Of a stretch of DNA of 64,000 nucleotides, positions 20,771 through 30,579 are shown piece by piece. The stretch comes from Fibrobacteria bacterium (GTDB lineage Bacteria > Fibrobacterota > Fibrobacteria > UBA11236): the NCBI GenBank assembly GCA_043745805.1, contig JAYTSD010000006.1, positions 95,180 through 159,179 on the forward strand, read 5' to 3'. The notes below the pieces were generated by a model, which made no database searches, was not told the origin of the DNA, and saw only the letters and a list, made by a program, of their open reading frames with translations. Each line of letters begins with the position of its first letter. Within the stretch, counting starts at the first letter, position 1. Both the position numbers and the translations under genes were made by a program.

Positions 20771-21172
20771 TTATTCGTTGGACGCCTCAAGCGGTTTACC
20801 TTGAATTTCCCATTGTCCGTTTTTTAAAGTGCGAAAAAAACAAGAGCGATACCCTTCATGGCAGGCGGCGCCTAAGCCTTCGGGTTTTACTTTAAAGACT
20901 AAAGCATCGCCATCACAATCGATTTGGGCGGAAATTACGGTTTGAAAATTGCCGGAAGTTTTCCCTTTCACCCAAATTTCTTGGCGGGAACGCGACCAAT
21001 AAGTCATGATGCCGGTTTCCAAAGTGAGTTGTAAGGCTTCGCGATTCATATGCGCTAACATCAACACTTCGCCATTTTGATCATCAATAGCCACAGCTGT
21101 AGCCAAGCCTTTATCATCAAATTTAATGGCGGAAAGGATGGTTTCAAAATCTTGTGAATTATTTACGAACAT
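20771..21172 (-). CDS. hisI: Phosphoribosyl-AMP cyclohydrolase
   Basis: WSRSR..W.KG.TSG, DCDGD, ACHEGYRSCFF. Confidence 0.95.
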   Translation of the reverse strand: MFVNNSQDFETILSAIKFDDKGLATAVAIDDQNGEVLMLAHMNREALQLTLETGIMTYWSRSRQEIWVKGKTSGNFQTVISAQIDCDGDALVFKVKPEGLGAACHEGYRSCFFRTLKNGQWEIQGKPLEASNE

Positions 21173-22421
21173 GACCTTTGCCTGTGACTATCCATTGATA
21201 GGTGGTTAAGCTTTCCACGCCCATGGGGCCGCGCGCATGAAGTTTATCGGTACTAATCCCTACTTCGGCTCCTAGGCCATATTCATACCCATCGGCAAAG
21301 CGTGTGGACGCATTAATCATTAATGATGAACTATCGACATCGGCCAAAAAGGCTTTTTGCACTTTAACGGATTGCGCCAAAACGGCATCGGTATGTCCCG
21401 TACCATGCAGGTTAATATGTTCAATCGCTCCTTGTATGCCATCCACGGTTTTTACCGCAAGGCGTAAATCCAAATACTCTTCATCCCAATCTTCGGGAGT
21501 GGCCGAAATGACTTGAGTATTTAAAGAGGCAATAGTTTCATCGCCATGAATTTCTACCCCTTGGGCGAGTAGGCTATTAATGATTTCAATTAGTTTTTTC
21601 TTCGGCAAATGTTTATCAAGTAATAAAGTTTCCATGGCATTGCAGGCGCTTGGCCTTTGCACTTTGGCATTGATTAATAAAGCAGCCACTTTTTTCCAGT
21701 CCGCCGTATTGTCTACATAAATATGGCAAACCCCTTTATAATGCTTAATCACAGGGATGCGGGATTTTTCCACCACCGCGCGAATTAAGCTTTCACCACC
21801 GCGAGGAATCACCAAATCAATATGCTTGGTGTCGGATAGTAAATAATCCACTAATTGACGATCTACTACATTTACTAATTGTACCGCATCGGCAGTAACC
21901 TTTTCACTTTGTAAAGCCTCAGTAAAAAGTTTAGCGAAAATAGCATTGCTATAGGCCGCTTCTTTACCGCCGCGCAAAATTACCGCATTCCCGCTTTTTA
22001 AACATAAGGCGCCGCCATCTACAGTAACATTGGGGCGCGCTTCAAAAATGAAAAATACGGTTCCAATCGGCACGGAGACACGTGCAATTTTTAGTCCATC
22101 TTTACGCGTATGCTTACCCAAGGTTTTGCCGAGCGGATCTTTAATGGCGATAATATCTTTTAAGCTGGAAATAATTCCGGCTAATCTTTTTTCATTGAGC
22201 AGTAGCCTATCCAACATAGGAGCGGGTAATCCAGCTTTTTTTCCCGCTTCAATATCTTTGGCATTTTCTTTTAAAATTTCCACATTGGCCGAATTGATTT
22301 TACTAATCAGTTTTTTTAGTACGGCATTGCGTTTGGCCACGGGGAGCTGACGTAAAGCACGCGAAGCCTTGCGCGCCTTCTCGCCTAATTCCTTGGCATA
22401 TTGTTCTATCGAATTATTCAT
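21159..22421 (-). CDS. proA: Gamma-glutamyl phosphate reductase
   Basis: EARPNV, IPRGG, SACNAMET, NASTRF, ISTDKLHARGP. Confidence 0.97.
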   Translation of the reverse strand: MNNSIEQYAKELGEKARKASRALRQLPVAKRNAVLKKLISKINSANVEILKENAKDIEAGKKAGLPAPMLDRLLLNEKRLAGIISSLKDIIAIKDPLGKTLGKHTRKDGLKIARVSVPIGTVFFIFEARPNVTVDGGALCLKSGNAVILRGGKEAAYSNAIFAKLFTEALQSEKVTADAVQLVNVVDRQLVDYLLSDTKHIDLVIPRGGESLIRAVVEKSRIPVIKHYKGVCHIYVDNTADWKKVAALLINAKVQRPSACNAMETLLLDKHLPKKKLIEIINSLLAQGVEIHGDETIASLNTQVISATPEDWDEEYLDLRLAVKTVDGIQGAIEHINLHGTGHTDAVLAQSVKVQKAFLADVDSSSLMINASTRFADGYEYGLGAEVGISTDKLHARGPMGVESLTTYQWIVTGKGHVRK

Positions 22422-22476
22422 AAGCTAAAGGTAAAATAATTAATATGGGCATTGGGTCACGGTATTTGTAATGTCC

Positions 22477-23607
22477 TTAATACATCACTAAATTATCGCG
22501 ATGCACCACTTCGTCGGGACCGCGACGACCTAGGATTTCGGCGATACGTTGACTTTTTTCGCCTTTAATGCATGCCGTTTCCTCCGAATTGTAGGAGATT
22601 TTTCCGCGGCCAATTACCTCTCCGTCTTGGTCACAAATTTCCACAAAGTCACCGGCCTTAAAGTTGCCTTTTACTTTGCGAATACCTGCTGGTAACAAAC
22701 TTGACTTGCCTTTGCGCAAAACCTTGGTGCCGCCTTCATCCAAAATCAATTGCCCTTTGGCTTTGGAAACAAAGGCCAGCCAACGTTTAGTATGTTGAAT
22801 TTTTTCCGGATTAGGCAAAAATAAAGTGCCCACATTTTGACCTTTGACTAGAGCAATTAAAGGCGCAAAATGGCCGCGCGTGAGTACGGCAGGTGTTCCG
22901 GCTTCCACCGCCTGGCGAATAGCTTTGAGCTTGGCTTGCATACCGCCTACGCTCACTTTGGATCCTGGGCCTCCTTCGCCCATGCGTAAAATTTCCGGCG
23001 TGATTTTAGGCACCACGGCAATAAGCTGCGCATCGGGTGATGTTTTGGGATTTTTATTGTATAACCCTTGTTCATCGGAAAGAATGATCAATAAGTCGGC
23101 TTCTAAAAAGTGAGCTACATCGGCACTGAGCTTATCATTATCGCCAACTTTAATTTCATCTGTAGTAATAGAATCATTTTCATTAATAATCGGCAATACA
23201 CCGCGGCTCAATAGCGTATTCACCGTATTACGAATATTATTGTAGCGAGTTTTGTTTTGAAAATCGTCACCCGATAAAAGAATTTGCGCAACCACTTTTT
23301 TCTTTTGAGCAAAAAGTTCCGAATACAAATGCATTAAACGTATTTGCCCAATGGCCGCGCAAGCCTGCTTCTCAGCAAGCATAGTGGGACGCGAGGCGTA
23401 ATTCAATGCGCCCATGCCTGCGCCTACGGCGCCCGAAGTGACGAGTACCACTTCATAACCTAAATCTTTAAGTCCACAAATTTCATGCACTAAATGTTCG
23501 AATTGCGGGCGGCTTAAATTGTTTTGCTCATCGCATAAAATGCGACTACCTACTTTAATCACTAACTTTTTTAGGCCTTGAAAGACCTGCTTACGAATTT
23601 CATCCAT
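22477..23607 (-). CDS. proB: Glutamate 5-kinase
   Basis: VIKVGS, SGAVGAG, INENDS, GDNDKLSA, GGMQAKL, PUA domain. Confidence 0.97.
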   Translation of the reverse strand: MDEIRKQVFQGLKKLVIKVGSRILCDEQNNLSRPQFEHLVHEICGLKDLGYEVVLVTSGAVGAGMGALNYASRPTMLAEKQACAAIGQIRLMHLYSELFAQKKKVVAQILLSGDDFQNKTRYNNIRNTVNTLLSRGVLPIINENDSITTDEIKVGDNDKLSADVAHFLEADLLIILSDEQGLYNKNPKTSPDAQLIAVVPKITPEILRMGEGGPGSKVSVGGMQAKLKAIRQAVEAGTPAVLTRGHFAPLIALVKGQNVGTLFLPNPEKIQHTKRWLAFVSKAKGQLILDEGGTKVLRKGKSSLLPAGIRKVKGNFKAGDFVEICDQDGEVIGRGKISYNSEETACIKGEKSQRIAEILGRRGPDEVVHRDNLVMY

Positions 23608-23616
23608 ATAGAGAAT

Positions 23617-23632
23617 GTAAATACTCTGGAAA
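23617..23632. repeat. 16-bp direct repeat, left copy (GTAAATACTCTGGAAA)
   Basis: Identical to 24673-24688; the two copies flank the GNAT gene pair. Confidence 0.85.
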
Positions 23633-23671
23633 GGCTATACAAATTTTGACGGGAGGTTAAGACGTTTAAAT

Positions 23672-24343
23672 TCAAGCGCTTTCGCTTGGAAAATTAATCG
23701 CCGCGGATTTTACAAACGGGGCTTTATTTGACTGTAAAAGTTCCTCAACCACAGTTCCAAATTCCGTAACGATTTGTGATTCTCTTATTATTGCTAAATC
23801 GAAAAACATGAGTACATGATCCGAACCCTCAATTCCAGCTGTTGATTCAAACTTCGAATCTTCTTTTGGATTTTTTTCAACTTTTTTAAATCCAACTTTT
23901 TCATAAAAGCCAATGGCCGCAGGATAAGCGTCAACGGTAAGAAATCGACATCCCGTTTTGTTTTTCAAGATAAAGAGAACTTGAATAAATGAGACTATTG
24001 ATGTTCCGATACCCTTTTTCTGAATACCATTCTTTACTGCCAAGCGAGCTATTTTGACGGCTGGAAAGTTTTTAAAATTTCGTTTAGGATGTGGAATGTC
24101 ATTTGCGGCATGTTTAAGTTTTTTTCGATCTTCGCCGAAATCATGAATGTCAAGGCGATCATTGCACAGGCTAAACATGGCAACAATTTCTTCTTGAAAT
24201 TCTATGGCATAGGTAACCGCAAGAAATTGTTTTAAATAGTTACGACAATCATCTCGAAAAAATGAGGTTAAATCATCATCTCCACACTCAAATTCAATTT
24301 CTTCGTTCTGGTCAATTCTCCGAACGAAAATTTCCGAAGGCAT
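23672..24343 (-). CDS. GNAT acetyltransferase, AtaT/TacT-like toxin
   Basis: FECGDDDL..F, PAVKIARLAV, QKKGIG, LTVDA, GFYEKVGF. Confidence 0.8.
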   Translation of the reverse strand: MPSEIFVRRIDQNEEIEFECGDDDLTSFFRDDCRNYLKQFLAVTYAIEFQEEIVAMFSLCNDRLDIHDFGEDRKKLKHAANDIPHPKRNFKNFPAVKIARLAVKNGIQKKGIGTSIVSFIQVLFILKNKTGCRFLTVDAYPAAIGFYEKVGFKKVEKNPKEDSKFESTAGIEGSDHVLMFFDLAIIRESQIVTEFGTVVEELLQSNKAPFVKSAAINFPSESA

Positions 24344-24528
24344 TATTTTTTATTAGAGAGAATAGATTCTGCGTTATGAAAAAAATACAGAGCCTTTTTC
24401 ATATTACTTTCTACAATATTTTTTTGAATAAAATTGACTTCACCTTGATTGGTACGTTCAATTTCCTGTATCAATTCTTTTGCTTGTAGCCCAGTTACGG
24501 GATAGCTATTTGATATTGGTTTGGCCAT
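24343..24528 (-). CDS. Small protein coupled to GNAT, putative antitoxin
   Basis: 61 aa, SD AAGGAG, TAATG overlap with the GNAT start. Confidence 0.6.
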   Translation of the reverse strand: MAKPISNSYPVTGLQAKELIQEIERTNQGEVNFIQKNIVESNMKKALYFFHNAESILSNKK

Positions 24529-24672
24529 TCCACGGCTCCTTTACAGAAAATCAAGCGAAAACCCAAATAATAATAAATCTATCACAATTATACAGTGATT
24601 TAGCAGTAGAAATATTATTACATAATCAAGGGGAAATATCGCGTCTAGGTGCCTTTGAGCTAACGAAAAACC

Positions 24673-24688
24673 GTAAATACTCTGGAAA
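24673..24688. repeat. 16-bp direct repeat, right copy (GTAAATACTCTGGAAA)
   Basis: Identical to 23617-23632. Confidence 0.85.
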
Positions 24689-24716
24689 CCCCATTAAAAC
24701 CTTTAAACAAAAACCC

Positions 24717-25208
24717 TTAGCGGATTTTTTCTAGCTCTTTTAACACTTTTTCGTATTTCTTTTTTTCTGATTGTAGCTGCACTATCATGGTGCGTAATTC
24801 TGCTGTTTCTTTGGCCAACTGATCAATTTTTTCATCTTGGTTTTTTTGCTGGGAATTTTTTTTAAGGGTATTTAATTGGCGCAAAAAAACTTCCGCATGT
24901 ACCGCACGCGTGGGTTTGCTCCAGAGGCCAGTCTGATTATTCAAAAGTATTTGTGCCGAGTCTCGATTAGAACTTTCTAGAAAGTAAATAATTTTCCAGT
25001 ACGCCCCTAATTCTTGATCTTCGAGATTATCACTTTGAATAAGCTTATTCGTTTCGGCCAAAGCAAGATCCATTTTTTTTAATAATAAAAATTCCGCTAT
25101 ATTTATAGAGGACGTCGATTTGAATTCGTCTTTGATCACGATTTTATTTGCTGGAGCGGTGGCACAACTCATAAATAAAAGGAAAATTACTAGGTACATG
25201 GATTTCAT
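24717..25208 (-). CDS. Lipoprotein with C-terminal coiled coil
   Basis: Lipobox-like LLFMSC, helical body, heptad-rich end; ATGA overlap with the upstream sensor gene. Confidence 0.6.
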   Translation of the reverse strand: MKSMYLVIFLLFMSCATAPANKIVIKDEFKSTSSINIAEFLLLKKMDLALAETNKLIQSDNLEDQELGAYWKIIYFLESSNRDSAQILLNNQTGLWSKPTRAVHAEVFLRQLNTLKKNSQQKNQDEKIDQLAKETAELRTMIVQLQSEKKKYEKVLKELEKIR

Positions 25209-26437
25209 GCCACATTCCAGTCTCTTTTGAGAACTTGGCTGGATCGCAGTATATCTATCATTTTATCGCGTTCATCAATATAATTTTCGGTTACGGGCTC
25301 GCGAATTTCTTTAAGCCTTTGGGTAACGGTAAAGATACGTTGTGTTTCATTAATAATGGAGGTTAATTTATTGCGAGTCATTTCATCCGCATGCGGCCAA
25401 ACCGCTAAAAGAAATTCGGCATTCCCACTAATAATCATTAAAGGATTATTGATTTCATGGTTCACACTACGAACTATTTGATCAATGGTTTCCAGTCTTT
25501 TTAAACGCACTTCGGAATTTTGATTTTTGTCGAGTTGACTAGACATGTGATTAAAATCCCGAGCCAATTCTCCAATTTCATTTTTGGAATTGACATGAAT
25601 TTGATAACCCAAATTTCCTTCCGCAATTTGAAAGGCTCCGCGCTCAACTACTTTTAAAGGATCAAGAATCTTCCATTTTAAAATAAAACCTAAATACCCA
25701 ATGAGTCCCAATAGGAGCAGTAAGGAATAAAAGCCTCTATCGCGTGCCAGTCCAATGGAATTTTTTAAACTATTCATTTTCTCTTGGCGCTCACTACCCA
25801 TAATCGCTTGCGCTCTGGTCAAACCTTCACGCAAATCCGATTCATAATTTTTAAACAAGGTATTTTTTGATTCATCGATGAAGGATATGGGTGTAGGAGG
25901 AAGAAGCAAGCTTTTATCTTGAAGACTAATTTTTAAGGGTTTATTTTTTCTCATCGCTTTAGATAAAAATTTTTTCTTCAATTTTGCTTTAGGCGCAGCG
26001 GCAACAGGAATAATTGATACACTGCTTTGTGTTTGATGATATTCGATAGAAAACTTATCCAATATTTGCGCATAAACAATATTCTTTTCATGCAAAATCT
26101 TTAAGGCCCGAGCAGAAGGCAGTACTTCATTAATCCCGATATTTTGTATTTGATCAAATAGTTCATTAGCTTGCATCAAGGCATTACGGTAACTGACAAG
26201 ATAACTTTCCTCTCCTAAGGCCATAAATTTTGTCCGCTCTCGAGCGCTGGTAGATATTCGTGTATTCCAGCTCGTCACACAATCATTAACTTCCGCACTT
26301 TGTGCCAATTCATGCGTTTTAATAGCAATGCTGGAAATTTCGTGGAAAAGTAAAACGAGGAAAAATAAAATACCCCAGAATACAGCGAGCACCACAGCGG
26401 ACAATTGAAATTGTAAACTATGAATAAATTTTTCCAC
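25205..26437 (-). CDS. Membrane sensor with HAMP + HisKA domain, lacking an ATPase domain
   Basis: Two TMs, HAMP (PLKVV..IAEGNL..NEIGELARDFNHM), H-box VNHEINNPL. No N/G1/F/G2 boxes before the stop. Confidence 0.75.
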   Translation of the reverse strand: MEKFIHSLQFQLSAVVLAVFWGILFFLVLLFHEISSIAIKTHELAQSAEVNDCVTSWNTRISTSARERTKFMALGEESYLVSYRNALMQANELFDQIQNIGINEVLPSARALKILHEKNIVYAQILDKFSIEYHQTQSSVSIIPVAAAPKAKLKKKFLSKAMRKNKPLKISLQDKSLLLPPTPISFIDESKNTLFKNYESDLREGLTRAQAIMGSERQEKMNSLKNSIGLARDRGFYSLLLLLGLIGYLGFILKWKILDPLKVVERGAFQIAEGNLGYQIHVNSKNEIGELARDFNHMSSQLDKNQNSEVRLKRLETIDQIVRSVNHEINNPLMIISGNAEFLLAVWPHADEMTRNKLTSIINETQRIFTVTQRLKEIREPVTENYIDERDKMIDILRSSQVLKRDWNVA

Positions 26438-26556
26438 AAAACTACACTTGTTGAGGTTTCACTTATCCTTTACATTTTAAGGGCTGGCTAAATTCGGTAC
26501 AAGTTATAAACGATAATGACATCACAAAAAAGTATATTAAGCGATGAAGGGCATTA

Positions 26557-28137
26557 ATGCAAAAAACTAAGATTTGGGCCATTAGTCTTTGCATGGTTTT
26601 TTGGGCTCCCATCAGTCTTTGTGCTTTCAATCCAGAATTGGCGCATGTACTAGCGGCTTTGCGGGATGAAGTGGAGCAGGGTCGTTTAACCTCAACAGAA
26701 TACACCTCTTTTTATGAGGAATTAACTGAGGATATGGAATGTAAGGATTTATTTTCCTCCCATGAAATTATTCAAAACAGGATTCAAGAAATTTGCAGTA
26801 AAGCTAAAAATCAAAAGCCTTCCACTTTAAAGTTTAGCTTACAACAAGCTATTTATCCTCAACAAGAGATTTACCCGCCGACACTTCTTCAGGCAAAATG
26901 GAATGCCATGCTGAGCAAGGGGGAGATAAATTTTTTAGATCAAACACTTTTTAGACGTAACGCCAATGTTTCCCTTGGTGATTTTACTGTATCCCTAGGC
27001 CATTTGCATTCCTCCCAAAAAACTCACCTTTCTTTTATACAAGGCCGTAATTTTTTCCCCCAACAAAAAAGTTTAAACGTAGCCGAAGGTTGGCTTTCTT
27101 CCTCCTATCCCCATTTGAACGGTTTGGGTTTACAGTGGGAGCACGGAAGTTTTGCAGCGGCAAGTCACGCAACTTGGAATCCGGTTTTGGGAGCCGATTC
27201 TACGCGTAATACTATTCAACAATACTCGGGATTTGTTTTAGTACAAAAACCTCTTTGGGAATTATCTTGGCAAAGTGAATATTCGGATTTTAATTTCTCC
27301 CAAAGCGTCACAAATTTGCGCTCTCGAGATTTTTTATTGAATGGAATTAAAGCATGTTTGCCCGAGCAAGGCCTGAGTATCGGATTAGGGCATAGTTTGG
27401 AGGGACGAGTAAATCGTCAAGGCTTGTACGGCGAATCACAATTTAAAGAAGGTGACTCTTCGGCATATTTTTCTCTTCACATCGATCAATCCTCTTTAGC
27501 TTGGTATAATCCTTTGCCGGTTACTGCGGTTTATAGTTTAGACACTTTGGATGGAAATGTGATTGTAGGTGCAGCAGGACAGGGCTCTTTGGGATTGACT
27601 ACACTTTTTCCTTTGCTGACATTTTCTTTTTTCGAGGATTCATCCAAGGTATTGGTTAAAACGCAAACTCTGGCTACGTGGTCCATAACGGAAAAAAACT
27701 TTTCCCGACGCTTAGCTGATTTTGCTTTGCAAGAAAAACTAGGACACTATTGGCAGAGTGCGGAATATTCCCTAAATGCTTTGGAAAACTTGGAAACCAA
27801 ATCCATAATATGGAGCATTTATTATCGCGCTTATTATACATGGTTTTGGCAAAAAGTCGGGTATTCTCTAGGTTACAAAGGAGATTCGTATCATGGTAGT
27901 TACTCCCATCCTGGAGAAATAAATTGGACGGCGAATACGGATTATCTGGAAACCTTGACTTTAAGTGTCCTAACCGGAAATGTTTTTTTACCAAACAAAA
28001 ATCTTTATTTTACGCTTTGGCAAAGTTGGGGTTTGCTGTATGGTATTCGTTTAGGCGGAGGGTTTAGGCTTCCATGGATTTCAGGTGAATTATCCAAGGA
28101 AGCCTATTTTCAAATGCGTACCGATTGGGCTTATTAG
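26557..28137 (+). CDS. Hypothetical exported, probably outer-membrane beta-barrel protein
   Basis: Signal peptide, short helical N-domain, aromatic-rich strands, C-terminal YFQMRTDWAY. Confidence 0.5.
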   Translation: MQKTKIWAISLCMVFWAPISLCAFNPELAHVLAALRDEVEQGRLTSTEYTSFYEELTEDMECKDLFSSHEIIQNRIQEICSKAKNQKPSTLKFSLQQAIYPQQEIYPPTLLQAKWNAMLSKGEINFLDQTLFRRNANVSLGDFTVSLGHLHSSQKTHLSFIQGRNFFPQQKSLNVAEGWLSSSYPHLNGLGLQWEHGSFAAASHATWNPVLGADSTRNTIQQYSGFVLVQKPLWELSWQSEYSDFNFSQSVTNLRSRDFLLNGIKACLPEQGLSIGLGHSLEGRVNRQGLYGESQFKEGDSSAYFSLHIDQSSLAWYNPLPVTAVYSLDTLDGNVIVGAAGQGSLGLTTLFPLLTFSFFEDSSKVLVKTQTLATWSITEKNFSRRLADFALQEKLGHYWQSAEYSLNALENLETKSIIWSIYYRAYYTWFWQKVGYSLGYKGDSYHGSYSHPGEINWTANTDYLETLTLSVLTGNVFLPNKNLYFTLWQSWGLLYGIRLGGGFRLPWISGELSKEAYFQMRTDWAY

Positions 28138-29399
28138 TTTTTTAAAGAAGCGGGTACGGTTTCGAATTGCAAAATAGCTTCGAAAGTTTGGCGAGCGCGA
28201 ATGGTTTCGGGTTTGCCTTGATGAATCAAAACTTCAGTAGCGAGTCGACGGGTATTATAATTGGAAGCCATTGCGGCACCATAGGCTCCAGCATCATGCA
28301 AAATCAAATAATCCCCTATGCGTGCTTCGGGTAACTTGCGTGTAACTACAAATCCACCTTCTTCCTGAGTAAACACATCGCCCGATTCACAAAGTGGACC
28401 GGCTACAATGGCTTCTTGGGTTTGGGTTAATTCACGGCCATCGGCAGAGGCAATGGAAATTTCATGATAAGCGCCATACATGGCGGGACGGATTAAAGTA
28501 TCAAAGCCTGCATCTATCAAATAAAACACATTTCCGCCGGTATTTTTAATGGAGCGGATTTGTGTTAATAAGGAACATGATTCAGCTACGAGGTAACGTC
28601 CAGGTTCTACTTCCAAAGAAATAGGATGTCCCAAATTGGCCTCGATGGTTTTGCGCGTTTTGTCCCAAAGTTCAAAATAGGCTTGCACATTAATACGCGG
28701 TTGATCTTTATGATAAGGAATGGGTAATCCACCACCGGCACTAATCACTTGTAATTGTGGACCCATTTTATGCGCGGCATTAATCATCGCTTGGCAAACT
28801 TGCGCTAAATGTTCAAAGTCGCTGCCCGAACCAATGTGCATATGTAAGCCTTGAATATTTACTCCGGCCGCTTTTCCTAAGCGCAAACATTCTTCCAAAT
28901 CATCATGCCAAATGCCATGCTTGGAAAGGTTACCGCCGGTATTTACTTTGCGTGAATGCCCGTGACCAAAGCCAGGATTGAGGCGCAGGGTAACCGCAGC
29001 ACCCGGATAAAAACTACCCAATTGCGCCAACATATCGGGTGAGCCTACATTCACGGGGATTTTATGTTCACGAATTAAAGCAATAGCATCCTCATCAAAA
29101 AGATCGGCGGTAAAAACAATACCCGGATGTTTACCCGCAGTATTATATCCCACTTTAAGCGCACGATAAATTTCACCCGCAGAAACTGCATCCACGACAA
29201 CGCCATTATTTTTCATCAAGGTCAAGATGGCCAAATTAGAACAGGCTTTTTGTGCAAAGCGAATCACTTCAAAAGATTTTAATTCTTCAATACGTTTTTC
29301 GATAATGCCGCGATCATAAATATAGGAGGGTGTGCCAAATTCGGTGGCCAAAGCTTTTATGGAAACACCGGCAATATCTTTAACAAAATTCTTTATCAC
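28134..29399 (-). CDS. lysA: Diaminopimelate decarboxylase
   Basis: FAQKACSN, HMHIGS, EPGRYLV, GPLCESGD, GAYGAAMASNYN. Confidence 0.95.
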   Translation of the reverse strand: MIKNFVKDIAGVSIKALATEFGTPSYIYDRGIIEKRIEELKSFEVIRFAQKACSNLAILTLMKNNGVVVDAVSAGEIYRALKVGYNTAGKHPGIVFTADLFDEDAIALIREHKIPVNVGSPDMLAQLGSFYPGAAVTLRLNPGFGHGHSRKVNTGGNLSKHGIWHDDLEECLRLGKAAGVNIQGLHMHIGSGSDFEHLAQVCQAMINAAHKMGPQLQVISAGGGLPIPYHKDQPRINVQAYFELWDKTRKTIEANLGHPISLEVEPGRYLVAESCSLLTQIRSIKNTGGNVFYLIDAGFDTLIRPAMYGAYHEISIASADGRELTQTQEAIVAGPLCESGDVFTQEEGGFVVTRKLPEARIGDYLILHDAGAYGAAMASNYNTRRLATEVLIHQGKPETIRARQTFEAILQFETVPASLKN

Positions 29400-29581
29400 T
29401 TTTTATCCTCTTGATTTTCCGTGGCGATAGGCTTTTCTGTTATGCCATAACGCAATTTTAGAAATGTCTCCAACTCATTAACCGTTTCGGTCAAAGCCTT
29501 TTCGAGGCGACTCATTTGAAAAAATATATGGAGAAAATAGGCTCCGAGGCAAACAACAAGCAAACCTAGGAAAATGGCCAT
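29396..29581 (-). CDS. Small single-TM protein
   Basis: 61 aa with a hydrophobic N-terminus; overlaps both the asd stop and the lysA start. Confidence 0.55.
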   Translation of the reverse strand: MAIFLGLLVVCLGAYFLHIFFQMSRLEKALTETVNELETFLKLRYGITEKPIATENQEDKK

Positions 29582-30579
29582 TAAGTAAAAATTTTCTCAG
29601 CGATTTGAACCGCATTTAAAGCCGCGCCTTTGCGAATTTGATCACCCACCACCCAAATATCAAAAGTGTTGGCTTGGCTTTGATCTACGCGGACACGACC
29701 TACTAATACAGGGTCTTTGGTGGAGGCATCGATAGGCATAGGCCAGCGATTTTCGGCACGGTTTTCTAAAACCTGTACGCCAGGTGCGCTATTGAGCACT
29801 GCATAAATTTCAGCCACACTAGTCGGTTTTTCGAACTCCACATTTAAGGCTTCGGAATGGGCGCGTAACACTGGCACGCGCACGCAAGTGGCGGTTAAGC
29901 GAATTTCCATATCATGAAAAATCTTTTGCGTTTCCTTCAACATTTTAATTTCTTCTTCACAATAACCCGATTCGGTCATAGGGGAATTATGCGGGAATAA
30001 ATTAAAAGCATAAGGATGAGGAATGACTGTGCGATTAAATGGTTTGCCAGCTATAGTGGCTAAGGTTTCTTGCATCAATTCATCCATAGCAATGGCGCCG
30101 GCACCACTTGCAGCTTGGTAAGTAGCTGCCACTAAACGTTTAACCTTAAACTTTTTATGCAAAGGAAAAATAGGCAAGGCCATGATGATAGTAGAGCAAT
30201 TGGGATTGGCGATAATACCTTTATGTTTGGCAATATCTTCGGGATTAATTTCCGGTATCACTAACGGGACATCTTCGGACATACGATAATACGAAGTATT
30301 GTCTACTACCACAGCGCCTGCTTTAACAGCTGAAGGCGCAAACTCTTTACTCAGTTTTCCACCTGCTGAAGCAAGTACTAAATCAATACCCGCAAAAGAA
30401 TTGTGTGTGAGTTCTTGTACTTTTATTTTCTCCCCTTTAAAGAGAAGTTCTTTTCCCGCCGAACGTGCAGATGCCAAAAGGCGTAGTTCGGAAATTGGAA
30501 ATTGACGTTCTTCCAAGATGCTGAGCAACTCCGTGCCGACAGCGCCTGTTGCGCCCATGATTGCGACTTTAATACCCAT
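29581..30579 (-). CDS. asd: Aspartate-semialdehyde dehydrogenase
   Basis: GATGAVG, IANPNCST, TYQAASGAG, CVRVPV, KGAALNAVQIAE. Confidence 0.97.
   Translation of the reverse strand: MGIKVAIMGATGAVGTELLSILEERQFPISELRLLASARSAGKELLFKGEKIKVQELTHNSFAGIDLVLASAGGKLSKEFAPSAVKAGAVVVDNTSYYRMSEDVPLVIPEINPEDIAKHKGIIANPNCSTIIMALPIFPLHKKFKVKRLVAATYQAASGAGAIAMDELMQETLATIAGKPFNRTVIPHPYAFNLFPHNSPMTESGYCEEEIKMLKETQKIFHDMEIRLTATCVRVPVLRAHSEALNVEFEKPTSVAEIYAVLNSAPGVQVLENRAENRWPMPIDASTKDPVLVGRVRVDQSQANTFDIWVVGDQIRKGAALNAVQIAEKIFT

Noticed and set aside
25205-25400. Frameshifted histidine kinase pseudogene
   Set aside because: The downstream lipoprotein gene begins by ATGA overlap, and no ATPase motifs were seen in the following sequence.
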